Shown: positions 9,552 through 19,781 of the stretch, piece by piece
How the letters are laid out: each line of letters starts with the position of its first letter
How positions within the stretch are numbered: position 1 is the stretch's first letter
Assembly (NCBI GenBank): GCA_046760505.1
Contig: JBHIEG010000019.1
Span: 1-37,148 of the forward strand
Length of the DNA: 37,148 nucleotides
Direction: 5' to 3'
From: Candidatus Hydrothermarchaeota archaeon
GTDB taxonomy: Archaea > CAYFZR01
Program-made: the position numbers and the translations under genes
Notes under the pieces: model-generated
What the model was told of the DNA's origin: nothing
Seen by the model: the letters and a program-made list of their open reading frames with translations, nothing else
The model's database searches: none

Positions 9552-10880
9552 TCACATCCCGATGGTCTTCCTAAATCTCATACCCCTAAAGTGAATCTTT
9601 TTGATCTCTCTGTATGCGATTTCTCTTGCTTCTTCTAAAGTTTTTCCTCTTGCAACAAGGGTAAGGACTCTTCCGCCGGTGGTATATATTTTCCCATCTT
9701 CATTAAATGCAGTTCCATTATGAAAAATCAGGCAATTCTTATCAACCTTCTCCAGCCCGGTTATTAGTTGATTTGTATGGTGTCTCCCTGGATAACCTTC
9801 AAACCTTCCTATTCTTCCGCTTACAGCACAAATACCCAAATGATAAGTGGGATCCCATTCTAGGTTTATTTTATTTAGTTTACCTTCCAAAATAGCCTCT
9901 GAGATGTCACACATGTCTGTTTTCAATCTGGGAAGTATTACCTGCGCCTCAGGATCTCCCATTCTAACGTTTATTTCTAAAACATAGGGGTTCTTCTCTC
10001 CATTCTCTTTACAGATCATAAGGCCAAAGTAAATGATTCCTTTGTACTCAATTCCCTTCAATTCTCTAAACTTTTTAATTGTTGGTATTGCTATTTTTTC
10101 CATTATTTTATCTTTCAATTCTTCATCCAACCATGGATGAGGTGAGTAACCACCCATTCCCCCTGTATTGGGATTTCGATTACCAAAAGATCTCATTGAC
10201 AATCTATCATCTTCATCAAAAGCGCGCTTGTAGTCTTGAGCAGCCTCCATGGGAAGAATTGTTTTGCCATCGGTAAATGCGAAGAACATCAGTTCCTCTC
10301 CATACAATCTTTCTTCGATATCAACCTTATTTCCTGCATCGCCAAATATTCTTTCGACCATTATCTCATCTATGGCGAGCAAGGCATCATCTAACGAATT
10401 GCACACAATTGATCCCTTTCCAGCAGCCAGTCCATCTGCTTTTACAACAACGTTTTTTCCTGTCTCACTGATAAATTCCCTAACATAGTCCTTTGCATCC
10501 TCTGGATTGTCAAAGTTCTTGTATCGAGCGATCGGAACTCCTATTTCTTTTAAAAAATCCTTGGTAAAGCACTTGCTTCCTTCAAGTATGGTGGCCTCTT
10601 TGGTAGGTCCTACGATGGGTAAACCTGCATCTTCGAATACATTAACGATACCTTTCGAGAGATAGCCTTCTGGACCAACAAATGTTATATCTATGTCTTT
10701 TTTGAGTGCAAAATTTACCATTTCATCGATTGATTCGATGGGAACCTGCTCACACTTTCTTAAAAGAGAGCTGCCCGCATTTCCCGGCGCAACGTACACT
10801 TTTGACACTCTAGGACTTCTTGCGAAAGAATAGGCAATTGCATTTCCTCTTCCGCCCTTATCAACAACCATGATGCGCAA
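9552..10880 (-). CDS. purD: Phosphoribosylamine--glycine ligase
   Basis: APGNAG, VGPE, LEGSK, VVKADGLAAGKG, QDYKR, PNTGGMG, EINVRMGDPE, GGRVL. Confidence 0.96.
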   Translation of the reverse strand: MRIMVVDKGGRGNAIAYSFARSPRVSKVYVAPGNAGSSLLRKCEQVPIESIDEMVNFALKKDIDITFVGPEGYLSKGIVNVFEDAGLPIVGPTKEATILEGSKCFTKDFLKEIGVPIARYKNFDNPEDAKDYVREFISETGKNVVVKADGLAAGKGSIVCNSLDDALLAIDEIMVERIFGDAGNKVDIEERLYGEELMFFAFTDGKTILPMEAAQDYKRAFDEDDRLSMRSFGNRNPNTGGMGGYSPHPWLDEELKDKIMEKIAIPTIKKFRELKGIEYKGIIYFGLMICKENGEKNPYVLEINVRMGDPEAQVILPRLKTDMCDISEAILEGKLNKINLEWDPTYHLGICAVSGRIGRFEGYPGRHHTNQLITGLEKVDKNCLIFHNGTAFNEDGKIYTTGGRVLTLVARGKTLEEAREIAYREIKKIHFRGMRFRKTIGM

Positions 10881-11098
10881 GTCGCTACCGCTCCTTCTTC
10901 AAGGGCGTTTTTAACTAAATATATTACCCCACTTAATACTATACTACCCTACTACCCCGGCAAGACTACTCTAACCGTAACATACTCCAATTATACTAAC
11001 TAGCTTAGCGCACGAAGTTTGGATTTTTTATAACAATAGACGATATTAAATTTTTCTGTTAGAGATTTTAATTTTGAACATAGGAAATTTAATGATAC

Positions 11099-11644
11099 TC
11101 ATAATTTCAGGTTACTCTGAAATGCCTTAAATAATTCATCATCGTATCCTACAAGGATTACTTTACTGAATGCTCCTTCATTTTTCTCCAAAAAATCAAC
11201 TATTTCTTCAATCATGAGTTTCGCTACTTTATTTTTTTCTAGTCCTCCGACTCCTGTTCCCATGCCTGGTATTGCCATTGTCTTTATATTTTTTTTCAGA
11301 GCGCAATTTAAAGAGGCTCTTAATGCTTTTTTCACATTCCCATAGGTTGTTGGCATGCTCGGCTCTTCCATAGTTGGAGCATGAATTATGATTTTGGCCC
11401 TAAGTTTTCCGGCAGGAGTGCATATAGCAGACCCTACCTCTATAGGGGCTCTCTCCATTGCTAACATTTCTATTTCATCGCCACCCTTATTCTTTATGGC
11501 AAGTGCCACTCCACCACCCATTGTTCCATAAGAATTTGCTGGATTTACTATTGCCTCTACGTCTAATTCAGTAATGTCGCCTTTTAAAACAGAAATTTCC
11601 GTTCCCTTCACGATCATATGATTCCCGATATCTACTGTATCCAC
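11099..11644 (-). CDS. Macro-domain (ADP-ribose binding/processing) protein
   Basis: GDIT, AIVNPAN, GGGVALAI, IIHAP, PGMGTGVGG. Confidence 0.93.
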   Translation of the reverse strand: MDTVDIGNHMIVKGTEISVLKGDITELDVEAIVNPANSYGTMGGGVALAIKNKGGDEIEMLAMERAPIEVGSAICTPAGKLRAKIIIHAPTMEEPSMPTTYGNVKKALRASLNCALKKNIKTMAIPGMGTGVGGLEKNKVAKLMIEEIVDFLEKNEGAFSKVILVGYDDELFKAFQSNLKL

Positions 11645-11662
11645 CCTAAATCAAAAATAAAT

Positions 11663-12091
11663 TTAAAGAGAGTAAACCTCTTCAGGCGTCAATAACCTGA
11701 AGTTGGCTTCGATCAGGATGTTCTTTGCTTTCTCTATATTGTCAACTCGGGCTATTAGCACCGCTTTGTTCGCCTCCCTCTCAAGGAGTGCATAGGCATA
11801 TTCTATGTTTATTTGGCTGTCTCCTAATATTCCTGCTACCTCAGCAAGGCTTCCTGGTTCATCTCCCATTTCTACTGCGAGAACATCAGTTATAGCAGAT
11901 GTGTAACCTTTTTCTCTTAATATATAATTTGCTTTTTCTGGGTCGTTCACGATGAGCCTGACAATTCCAAATTCACCTACCTCCGCGACAGAAAAAGCTC
12001 TTATGTTAATTTTTTCATCTCCCAGAGCCTTGCTGACTTTTGCCAAGGTTCCGGGTTTGTTTTCAACAAACACAGAGACTTGCTTGACCAA
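11663..12091 (-). CDS. Tandem ACT-domain protein (paaK/ior-associated)
   Basis: QVSVFVENKPGTL, INIRAFSVAE, D-x-PGSL, INIEYAY; RBS GGAGGTG upstream. Confidence 0.92.
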   Translation of the reverse strand: MVKQVSVFVENKPGTLAKVSKALGDEKINIRAFSVAEVGEFGIVRLIVNDPEKANYILREKGYTSAITDVLAVEMGDEPGSLAEVAGILGDSQINIEYAYALLEREANKAVLIARVDNIEKAKNILIEANFRLLTPEEVYSL

Positions 12092-12106
12092 CTTTACACC
12101 TCCGTA

Positions 12107-13414
12107 TCAGAATAATTTTTCCTTCCTTAGATCAATTACTCTAACAGCCTTTCCTTCAGATCTAGGTATGCTCCCGGGTTCCACGAGTTCCACTTCAGTA
12201 GAGACGCCTAAAACATCCTCTAGTTCGGACTCCACTTTTTTCTCAAACTTGATTAAATCATCAAGTTTATCGCTAAAGGTTTCTTCTGTTACCTCTACCT
12301 TCACTAAAAGTCTATCGAGGATATCCTTATCTACTATTATCTGATAGTTCTCCCCGATCCCAGGTATCTTCATGAGAACCTGCTCTATCTGACTGGGAAA
12401 AACATTCACACCGCGTATTATTAGCATATCGTCACTTCTTCCCTGAACCCTTAGCATTCTTGGATGATAGCGACCGCATGCACATTCTTCCTCATCAATT
12501 ACAGAAATGTCCCTTGATCTGAAACGCAAAAGGGGCACGGCTTCTCTCGTTAGCGTGGTAAAGACTAACTCTCCTCTCTCACCACTTTCAAGAATCTCGC
12601 CGGTTTCAGGGTCTATTATCTCTGCTATGAAATGGTCTCCCCAAACATGAAGTCCTCTCTGCTCCTCGCACTCCATCGCAACTCCGGGACCCCAGATCTC
12701 AGATAGCCCATAGACATCTATCGCAGTAAGATTCAGAGCATCTTCTATCTTTTTTCTGGCAGCCTCAGACCAGGGTTCGGCTCCAAAGATTCCTATTCTA
12801 AGTTTAAGATCTTTTTTGGGATCTACCCCTTCTTCTTTGGCTACTTCGGCTAGGTAGAGGGAGTAAGATGGAGTGCACGCAAGTGCGGTGGAGCCCATAT
12901 CGCGCATTAGGGTAACCTGTCTTTTCGTGCCTCCAGCGCTAGCAGGAATTATTTTACATCCAAGTAATTCTGCTCCGTAGTGAAAACCTAAACCTCCCGT
13001 AAACAGTCCATAACCATAAGATATCTGAAGAATGTCCTCTTTTGTAACTCCTGCAGTGACTAATCCTCTTGCCATAAGTCTAGACCAAGTCTCTATGTCT
13101 TTTCGAGTATAGCTTACTACAGTGGGTTTTCCTGTAGTTCCAGAACTTGCATGGAACCTCACTATTTCGCTCAACGGTACTGCTTGGATCCCATACGGAT
13201 AGTGAGCTCGCAAATCGTCTTTAACCGTGAATGGAATTTTACTCAAATCATTTAAACCTTTTATGTCGTCCGGATCAATACCGCATTCCTTAAATTTCCT
13301 TCTGTACATGGGTATTTTCTGATAGCAATACTTTACTACCTTCTTCAATCTCTCTTCCTGTAGATTTTTTATATCTTCCAGCCTCATCTTCTCAAGTTCT
13401 GGCTCGAAATACAC
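12107..13414 (-). CDS. paaK: Phenylacetate/aryl-acid--CoA ligase
   Basis: [59 protein letters not shown]. Confidence 0.94.
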   Translation of the reverse strand: MYFEPELEKMRLEDIKNLQEERLKKVVKYCYQKIPMYRRKFKECGIDPDDIKGLNDLSKIPFTVKDDLRAHYPYGIQAVPLSEIVRFHASSGTTGKPTVVSYTRKDIETWSRLMARGLVTAGVTKEDILQISYGYGLFTGGLGFHYGAELLGCKIIPASAGGTKRQVTLMRDMGSTALACTPSYSLYLAEVAKEEGVDPKKDLKLRIGIFGAEPWSEAARKKIEDALNLTAIDVYGLSEIWGPGVAMECEEQRGLHVWGDHFIAEIIDPETGEILESGERGELVFTTLTREAVPLLRFRSRDISVIDEEECACGRYHPRMLRVQGRSDDMLIIRGVNVFPSQIEQVLMKIPGIGENYQIIVDKDILDRLLVKVEVTEETFSDKLDDLIKFEKKVESELEDVLGVSTEVELVEPGSIPRSEGKAVRVIDLRKEKLF

Positions 13415-13753
13415 AGGAATTCCTCCATACTAAATTTTTCTAAGATCTAATATACGCTGTGCCTTTCCTTCTGAGCGAGGAATTGATCCCGGCTCAACCA
13501 AGTTAACTTTTGCTCTTACGCCAAGAGCGTTCTTCAGATTTTCCTCTACTTTTTCCTTTATTCTTAGCAAGTTATCTCTCTCCCCAGTAAAAATCTTTTC
13601 GTTTACCTCTATATTTATTTTCAACTGATCTAGCATGCCAGACCTATCAACGATGATCTGGTAATGATCTTCTACACCTGGAATACGCATAAGAACCTGC
13701 TCTATCTGACTGGGAAAAACATTCACACCGCGTATTATTAGCATATCGTCACT
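12375..13753. repeat. 62-bp perfect direct repeat between the two paaK paralogs (12375-12436 and 13692-13753)
   Basis: AGAACCTGCTCTATCTGACTGGGAAAAACATTCACACCGCGTATTATTAGCATATCGTCACT is identical in both genes. Confidence 0.9.
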
Positions 13754-14740
13754 CCTCCCAATGAGTCTCGATATCTTGGGATGAGTTCTCATGCAACCGC
13801 ACCTGTCCTCATCGTATAGAAAGGATATGTCTCCTGTCCGGTATCTCAGAAGAGGCATGGCTTCCTTTGTAAGGGTTGTAAAAACGAGTTCTCCCTCTTC
13901 ATTTGTATCTAAAACTTCCCCGGTTTCAGGATCAACGACTTCCAAGAGAAAATGATCCGTCCAGACGTGCATCCCATCCCTCTCTTCACACTCTACGGAG
14001 ACTCCAGGACCGCAAAGCTCTGACAGTCCATAGTTGTCATATGCTACAATTCCATAGGCGTCTTCGATCTTTTTACGCATGCTCTCAGACCAAGGTTCTG
14101 CACCAAATATAGCCCTTTTGACGTTAAATTCAGATACATCAATCCCTTCGTTTCTTGCATATTCTGCTAAATAGAGAGCATATGAAGGTGTGGAAGAAAA
14201 GGCTGTAACACCGAGATCTCGCATCGTCATTATCTGCCTTGCTGTATTCCCAACGCCAGAGGGAACCACCGCTGCTCCTATTTTTTCAGCACCATAGTGA
14301 AAGCCCAATCCGCCTGTAAAGAATGCATAGTTGTAAATTAACTGGAGTATATCCTCTTTTTTAATTCCTGCGCACGTTAAAACTCGGGCCATAAGCTCTG
14401 TCCAGTTATTAATATCCTCTTTCGTATACGTGACCAACACAGGTTTGCCGGTTGTCCCTGAAGATGCGTGAAACCTCACGATCTCTGATATCGGTACTGC
14501 AAGGAAACCATAGGGATAACTCGATCTAAGATCTTCCTTGGTTGTAAAAGGAATTTTTGAGAGGTCTTCAAGTTTCTTTATACTTGAGGGATCTAAACCT
14601 ATCCTGTCGAATAGATTTTTATAAAAGGGCGAATTTTTATAGGCGTAACCCACGATTCTTCTCAGTCTTTTCTCCTGCAATTCCCTAAGTTCTTTGCTAG
14701 GGAGTGTCTCCATACTCTTGTTCCAGAACATGGGTACCAC
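13430..14740 (-). CDS. paaK: Phenylacetate/aryl-acid--CoA ligase (second paralog)
   Basis: Same motifs plus RYRTGD; the substrate loop differs (YNYAFFTGG vs YGYGLFTGG). Confidence 0.94.
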   Translation of the reverse strand: MVPMFWNKSMETLPSKELRELQEKRLRRIVGYAYKNSPFYKNLFDRIGLDPSSIKKLEDLSKIPFTTKEDLRSSYPYGFLAVPISEIVRFHASSGTTGKPVLVTYTKEDINNWTELMARVLTCAGIKKEDILQLIYNYAFFTGGLGFHYGAEKIGAAVVPSGVGNTARQIMTMRDLGVTAFSSTPSYALYLAEYARNEGIDVSEFNVKRAIFGAEPWSESMRKKIEDAYGIVAYDNYGLSELCGPGVSVECEERDGMHVWTDHFLLEVVDPETGEVLDTNEEGELVFTTLTKEAMPLLRYRTGDISFLYDEDRCGCMRTHPKISRLIGRSDDMLIIRGVNVFPSQIEQVLMRIPGVEDHYQIIVDRSGMLDQLKINIEVNEKIFTGERDNLLRIKEKVEENLKNALGVRAKVNLVEPGSIPRSEGKAQRILDLRKI

Positions 14741-14864
14741 TCTCTATGAGCCGAAATTAACCTATAAATAATATTTGGGGTGCTCGATGAAATAATTTTT
14801 AATAAAATAATCTTTATAATCTTTATGTAATAAGAAAAAGAAAATAAAGATAAAGAGGAATTGA

Positions 14865-15899
14865 ATGGCGAGAAAAGATCGATTTATCAATGCATGCTGG
14901 CAAGAACAAGTAGACTGTACGCCAGTATGGATTATGCGCCAGTCAGGAAGATATTTGAAAGAATATCGGGATATACGCAAAAAATACTCATTTATGACTA
15001 TGTGCAAAACGCCGTCATTGGCTACTACCCTCACCCTGCTCCCTGTTTATAAAATCGAGGTTGATGCAGCGATCCTATTTTCCGATATACTCATCCCTCT
15101 TGAGGCAATGGGAGTTGAAATAAGATTTATCGACGGAAAGGGTCCAGTTATACTGAATCCAGTTCGAAAAAGCGAGGATTTAGACTCCTTAAGGATTATT
15201 GATGCCCAACAAGATGTACCCTTTGTAATTGAAACCATAAAGTTAGTTCTGAACAAATTAGATGGAGAAGTGCCTCTAATAGGATTTTCAGGGGCTCCAT
15301 TTACGCTCGCAAGTTATCTGGTGGAAGGCGGTTCGTCTCGCCACTATCTAAAGATAAAAAGTATGATGTACAATGACCCTGTAACCTATGAAACCATGAT
15401 GGATAAAGTAGTGGAGACGATAATATCCTATTTAAACGCCCAGATTAAAGCAGGAGTGCAAGCAATTCAAATTTTTGATTCCTGGATAGGTTGCTTTTCT
15501 CCGCAAGATTATGAGAAGTACGTGATGCCTTACACTAAGAGAGTCATTGAAGGTTTGGAGAGAGATGATGTGCCAGTAATCCATTTTGCAACGGGAAGTG
15601 CCACGCTCCTTGAGTTCATGAAAAAAGCTGGCGGCGAAGTCATAGGCATAGATTGGCGAATAAACATAGATGATGCATGGAAGATTATAGGCTACGACAA
15701 GGCAATCCAAGGAAATCTAGATCCGGCGGTCCTCTTTGCATCTAAGGATGAAGTAGAAGAAAGGGTGAGAGACATATTAATGCGCGTAAACAACAGACCG
15801 GGACATATTTTCAATCTAGGTCATGGAGTCCTTCCTAAAACGCCAGTAGAAAACGTTATCACCATGGTTAGAGCAGTTCATAAGTATAGCGCTAGGTAG
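14865..15899 (+). CDS. hemE: Uroporphyrinogen decarboxylase (bacterial type)
   Basis: PVWIMRQSGRYL, DAAILFSDIL, IGFSGAPFTLASY, QIFDSW, QGNLDP, IFNLGHG. Confidence 0.95.
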   Translation: MARKDRFINACWQEQVDCTPVWIMRQSGRYLKEYRDIRKKYSFMTMCKTPSLATTLTLLPVYKIEVDAAILFSDILIPLEAMGVEIRFIDGKGPVILNPVRKSEDLDSLRIIDAQQDVPFVIETIKLVLNKLDGEVPLIGFSGAPFTLASYLVEGGSSRHYLKIKSMMYNDPVTYETMMDKVVETIISYLNAQIKAGVQAIQIFDSWIGCFSPQDYEKYVMPYTKRVIEGLERDDVPVIHFATGSATLLEFMKKAGGEVIGIDWRINIDDAWKIIGYDKAIQGNLDPAVLFASKDEVEERVRDILMRVNNRPGHIFNLGHGVLPKTPVENVITMVRAVHKYSAR

Positions 15900-15914
15900 C
15901 GATAGATTATATTA

Positions 15915-16871
15915 GTGAGGAAAAAAATGAAAAAGGACAAGAAAAATACGATAGCTGTTCTCTTACTGGGCTTTGGTGCACCAGATTCTCCCCTAGCGAT
16001 AGAGCCCTTCTTGAGAAATGTTTTTTCTCATGCAAAGGTTGAAATTACTGATGAAAAAATCAGAGAAACACATCGAAAATACGAATTAATTGGTGGCAGT
16101 TCTCCTCTTCTTAAAATCACAAGAGAACAAGCCTCATTGCTCGAGAAAAAACTTAATTCTGAGGGTGGAAATTTCAAGGTTTATATAGGCATGCGTTACT
16201 GGCACCCTTTTATTCATGAAACTGTAAAGGAAATCATCAACGACGAAATCACCAATATCATTGCCTTAAGTTTATCTCCTTTTTATTCGAAAATAACGAC
16301 TGGGTCAAACATAAGAGAACTAAAAAGAGTTCTTTCAAAATATGAAAAAGAGATTAAAATCACCTACATAGATAGCTGGTACGACAACCGATCTTATCTT
16401 AATGCTCTATCTGAAAAACTAAGGGAAGGATTATCTCTATTTCCGGAGGATAGGCGCAGTAATGTTCAGGTAATATTCAGTGCTCATAGCCTACCAAAAA
16501 AAGTGATTGAAGAAGGAGATCCATATTTAAGACAACTGGAAACCACTATTAAAGAAATTATTAAGCAAACAGGTCCTATTTCATGGCATCTCTCCTTTCA
16601 AAGTCGAGGCGCTTCCGGAGAATGGCTAGAACCCGAAACCGACGTATTAATCGAAAAACTCGCTGAAAAAAATTGCAGAGAAATTTTATTGGTTCCAATA
16701 AGTTTCATATCTGATAACATAGAAATATTGTACGATATTGATATAGTTTTTCAAAAATTGGCAGAATCTAGGGGAATTACACTTTGTAGAACCTCGTGCT
16801 TCAACTCTTCACCAGAATTCATCGATGTTCTCCATAATGTGGTGATTGAGCATATTGATAGAAATAGGTGA
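15915..16871 (+). CDS. hemH: Ferrochelatase (HemH/CpfC family)
   Basis: AVLLLGFGAP, IGGSSPL, GMRYWHP, FSAHSLP, FQSR, WLEP, PISFISDNIEILYDID. Confidence 0.94.
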   Translation: MRKKMKKDKKNTIAVLLLGFGAPDSPLAIEPFLRNVFSHAKVEITDEKIRETHRKYELIGGSSPLLKITREQASLLEKKLNSEGGNFKVYIGMRYWHPFIHETVKEIINDEITNIIALSLSPFYSKITTGSNIRELKRVLSKYEKEIKITYIDSWYDNRSYLNALSEKLREGLSLFPEDRRSNVQVIFSAHSLPKKVIEEGDPYLRQLETTIKEIIKQTGPISWHLSFQSRGASGEWLEPETDVLIEKLAEKNCREILLVPISFISDNIEILYDIDIVFQKLAESRGITLCRTSCFNSSPEFIDVLHNVVIEHIDRNR

Positions 16872-16880
16872 TACGTTCAG

Positions 16881-18308
16881 ATGAAAAATATGAGGAAGGT
16901 AATCATTATCGGCGCGGGTATCACTGGCTTATCAACCGCGTATTATCTCCAAGAAAAAGCTGGAGATGAAATTGACTTTATTATTCTAGAAAAAAGAGAT
17001 CGACCTGGGGGCGTAATAGTAACAGAAAGGATTGATGGTTTTATAATAGAAGGAGGTCCTGATACATTTGTAAGCGAAAAACCTTGGACAGTAAAGCTCA
17101 GCAAAGAATTAGGCATCGAAGATCGACTTCTTAACAGTAACGAAGATATTAGAAAGACTTTTATTTTTTCCGATGGAAAGCTCAGAGAATTGCCCGAAGG
17201 AATCATGATGATGGTTCCGATAAAAGTAATCCCATTCCTTAAAAGTGATCTGATATCATGGCCAGGCAAAATTCGCGCCTGCTTAGATCTCTTTTTGCCA
17301 AGAAAAAACTATGAAGATGAAAGCCTTGAAAGTTTTGTCAAAAGACGTCTTGGTAAAGAAATCCTCGAAAAAATAGCTGAACCTCTTATAGCAGGAATTC
17401 ACGCATGCGAACCTGAGAATATGAGTCTTAAGAGTACATTTCCAAGATTTATAGAATATGAGAAGAACTATGGAAGTCTTATAAGAGGAATGCTTGCTGC
17501 AAAGAAAGAAATGGAAACTTGGAAGAATAACAAATCAGAGAAAAAATTGACATTCTTCATGTCCTTTAAAGGCGGAATGCAAGAACTCGTCGATGCTCTG
17601 GTCTCTGCATTAGCCAAAAATATCTTTTTGAATAAAAAGGTGACCCGGGTCGATAAAATAGAAACTTCTGAGACAATCAAATACCTTGTGCATGTCGAAG
17701 GAAACTCTCCAATTTTAGCAGACGCTGTTGTTTTTACGACGCCCTCTTACATAACTGCTAAAATTCTGGGCGAACTTGATAAATCTCTGGCAAATAAACT
17801 CAACGAAATAACATGGGTTTCTTCTGCGACAATATCTCTGGGGTACAAGAAATCTGATATAAACCATCCGCTCAAAGGATTTGGATTTGTTGTACCCAGA
17901 GTTGAGAATCGAAAAATCAAGGCAGTGAGCTGGAATACTTCAAAATTCAATTACAGAGCACCAGAAGGACATGTCCTGCTTAGATGTTTTATTGGAGGTC
18001 CTAGAAAAGAGGATTACGTTGATCTTGATGATGAATCTCTGATAAAACTTGCTAGAGAAGAGTTAAAAGAAATTATGGGCATAGATGCTGAACCCGTTAT
18101 AACCAGAGTATACCGATGGAAAAAAGAAATGCCCCAGTACAAAGTTGGTCATAGCGAAAGGGTCAAGGCAATCGAGGAGATGTCAAGCAAGCATCCAGGA
18201 CTATACATTACGGGAAGTTCATATTATGGAGTTGGAATAGGTGATTGCATTCGATGCGGAGAATTAACCGCTGAAAAAATTATAGAACAGTTTAAAAAAT
18301 CCCTGTAA
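16881..18308 (+). CDS. hemY: Flavin-dependent (co/proto)porphyrinogen oxidase, HemY/CgoX family
   Basis: IIGAGITGL, EGGPD, EPLIAGIHA, GFGFVVP, MPQYKVGH, GVGIGDCI. Confidence 0.94.
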   Translation: MKNMRKVIIIGAGITGLSTAYYLQEKAGDEIDFIILEKRDRPGGVIVTERIDGFIIEGGPDTFVSEKPWTVKLSKELGIEDRLLNSNEDIRKTFIFSDGKLRELPEGIMMMVPIKVIPFLKSDLISWPGKIRACLDLFLPRKNYEDESLESFVKRRLGKEILEKIAEPLIAGIHACEPENMSLKSTFPRFIEYEKNYGSLIRGMLAAKKEMETWKNNKSEKKLTFFMSFKGGMQELVDALVSALAKNIFLNKKVTRVDKIETSETIKYLVHVEGNSPILADAVVFTTPSYITAKILGELDKSLANKLNEITWVSSATISLGYKKSDINHPLKGFGFVVPRVENRKIKAVSWNTSKFNYRAPEGHVLLRCFIGGPRKEDYVDLDDESLIKLAREELKEIMGIDAEPVITRVYRWKKEMPQYKVGHSERVKAIEEMSSKHPGLYITGSSYYGVGIGDCIRCGELTAEKIIEQFKKSL

Positions 18309-18434
18309 CATTTTTGTCATCATTTATTATTATGAACACCGAAATTTATTTATAAATTTTCAGTTTCTTTAGTTAGCAGCATGCTATGGTTTATCATAGC
18401 ACGTTCTGAAAAAAAAGGTGAGGAGGTGTAAGGA

Positions 18435-19748
18435 TTGAAAAATAGATCAAAACTAGCGATAGCAGCCTTGGTAATAACGAGCGTCATTCTATCGGGTTGT
18501 GTAGCCCCAACGGAAGTGCCAGGAAAAATAAAAATAGGCATAGTGGCTCCATTGACCGGAAAAGCAAGTACAACCGGAGATGATATGTGGAACTGTGCTC
18601 AACTAGCTGCTGAGGAGATAAATAAGGCAGGAGGAGTTTTTGTAAAGGAAAAAAATGCTAAACTTCAAATTGAACTAATCCCGGGGGACACAGAATCCAC
18701 CGTAGATGGCGGAGTCAAGGCGGTAACTAAACTCATAACGGAAGACAAAGTTGACATTTTGGTTGGAGGATTTTCCAGTGCAATAACTCTAGCTGATCAA
18801 AAAATAGCAATTGAACACAACGTTCCTTTCGTCATAACCGGTGCCTCTGCCCCGCAGGTAACAAGGAGAACTGACCTCGATACCTCATACATGTTCCACC
18901 ACTGTCCTACAACGGATGATTATCCTGAAGAGACTTTACTTTTCGTTAATGAAGTAATTAAGCCTGCTATTGATAAAAAGTTTGGATTTCCGAAGGATAG
19001 AAAGTTAAGGCTGGCAGTCCTGTATCAGGATAGTGGATATGGAAGAGGAGTGAAGGCCGGCATTGAGAAGGCGATAGAGAAGCATAATCTACCCATTGAA
19101 ATAGTCGCTTCAGAAGCATTCAAAATGGGAGAAACAGATTTTCGAGCACCACTTACTGTAATAAAGGCGGCTAAACCAGACGTAGTTTATCCTGCTGGTT
19201 TCCTGAATGAGCAGGCCCCAATCGTGATCCAGGGAAGAAAAGATGTTGGTCTAGATACGATTTACTTATCTGTGGAGTGCAACGACGATCCAGATTACTA
19301 CAAGGCCGTAGGAAAATGGGGTGAATACTCAATTCAAGAAAGCCGATTTAGCCCGTACACAACTCCAGCCGGAACCATTAAAGATTCTGTAACTAAGTTC
19401 AAGAGCAATTATAGAGCCAAATACGGCAAAGAGCCAAGCATGATGGGAGCCTCTACCTATGAGGGAGTTTACATTGCAGCAAAGGCGATTGAAATTGCAG
19501 GTAGCTTGGATAAAACAAAGATTCGCGAAGCGCTAACAACTCTAGAAGTACCTCAGATGGTTGAAGCTATGCAGGGTGGAAAAATTAAATTCTCACCTGA
19601 TTACAGAGAAACCAAGTTCCAGCTCTACATGGAACAACTATTCTGGAACGAAACCTTGGGAGAATGCAGGCCGAAGATAGTATGGCCGGATAATCTAAAA
19701 GAAGCTGACTTCGTACTTCCGGAGTGGTACAAACCCGGAAGCCCATAA
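18435..19748 (+). CDS. livK: HAAT/branched-chain-type ABC transporter substrate-binding lipoprotein
   Basis: Lipobox LSGC, IKIGIVAPLTG, LAAEEINKAGG, GGFSS, TDFR. Confidence 0.88.
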   Translation: MKNRSKLAIAALVITSVILSGCVAPTEVPGKIKIGIVAPLTGKASTTGDDMWNCAQLAAEEINKAGGVFVKEKNAKLQIELIPGDTESTVDGGVKAVTKLITEDKVDILVGGFSSAITLADQKIAIEHNVPFVITGASAPQVTRRTDLDTSYMFHHCPTTDDYPEETLLFVNEVIKPAIDKKFGFPKDRKLRLAVLYQDSGYGRGVKAGIEKAIEKHNLPIEIVASEAFKMGETDFRAPLTVIKAAKPDVVYPAGFLNEQAPIVIQGRKDVGLDTIYLSVECNDDPDYYKAVGKWGEYSIQESRFSPYTTPAGTIKDSVTKFKSNYRAKYGKEPSMMGASTYEGVYIAAKAIEIAGSLDKTKIREALTTLEVPQMVEAMQGGKIKFSPDYRETKFQLYMEQLFWNETLGECRPKIVWPDNLKEADFVLPEWYKPGSP

Positions 19749-19749
19749 T

Positions 19750-19768
19750 CTTTATTTTTTTTATTTTT
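19750..19768 (+). terminator. T-rich tract after the binding-protein gene (possible archaeal terminator/attenuator)
   Basis: CTTTATTTTTTTTATTTTT immediately after the stop codon. Confidence 0.35.
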
Positions 19769-19781
19769 CGTTGTTGGATGT

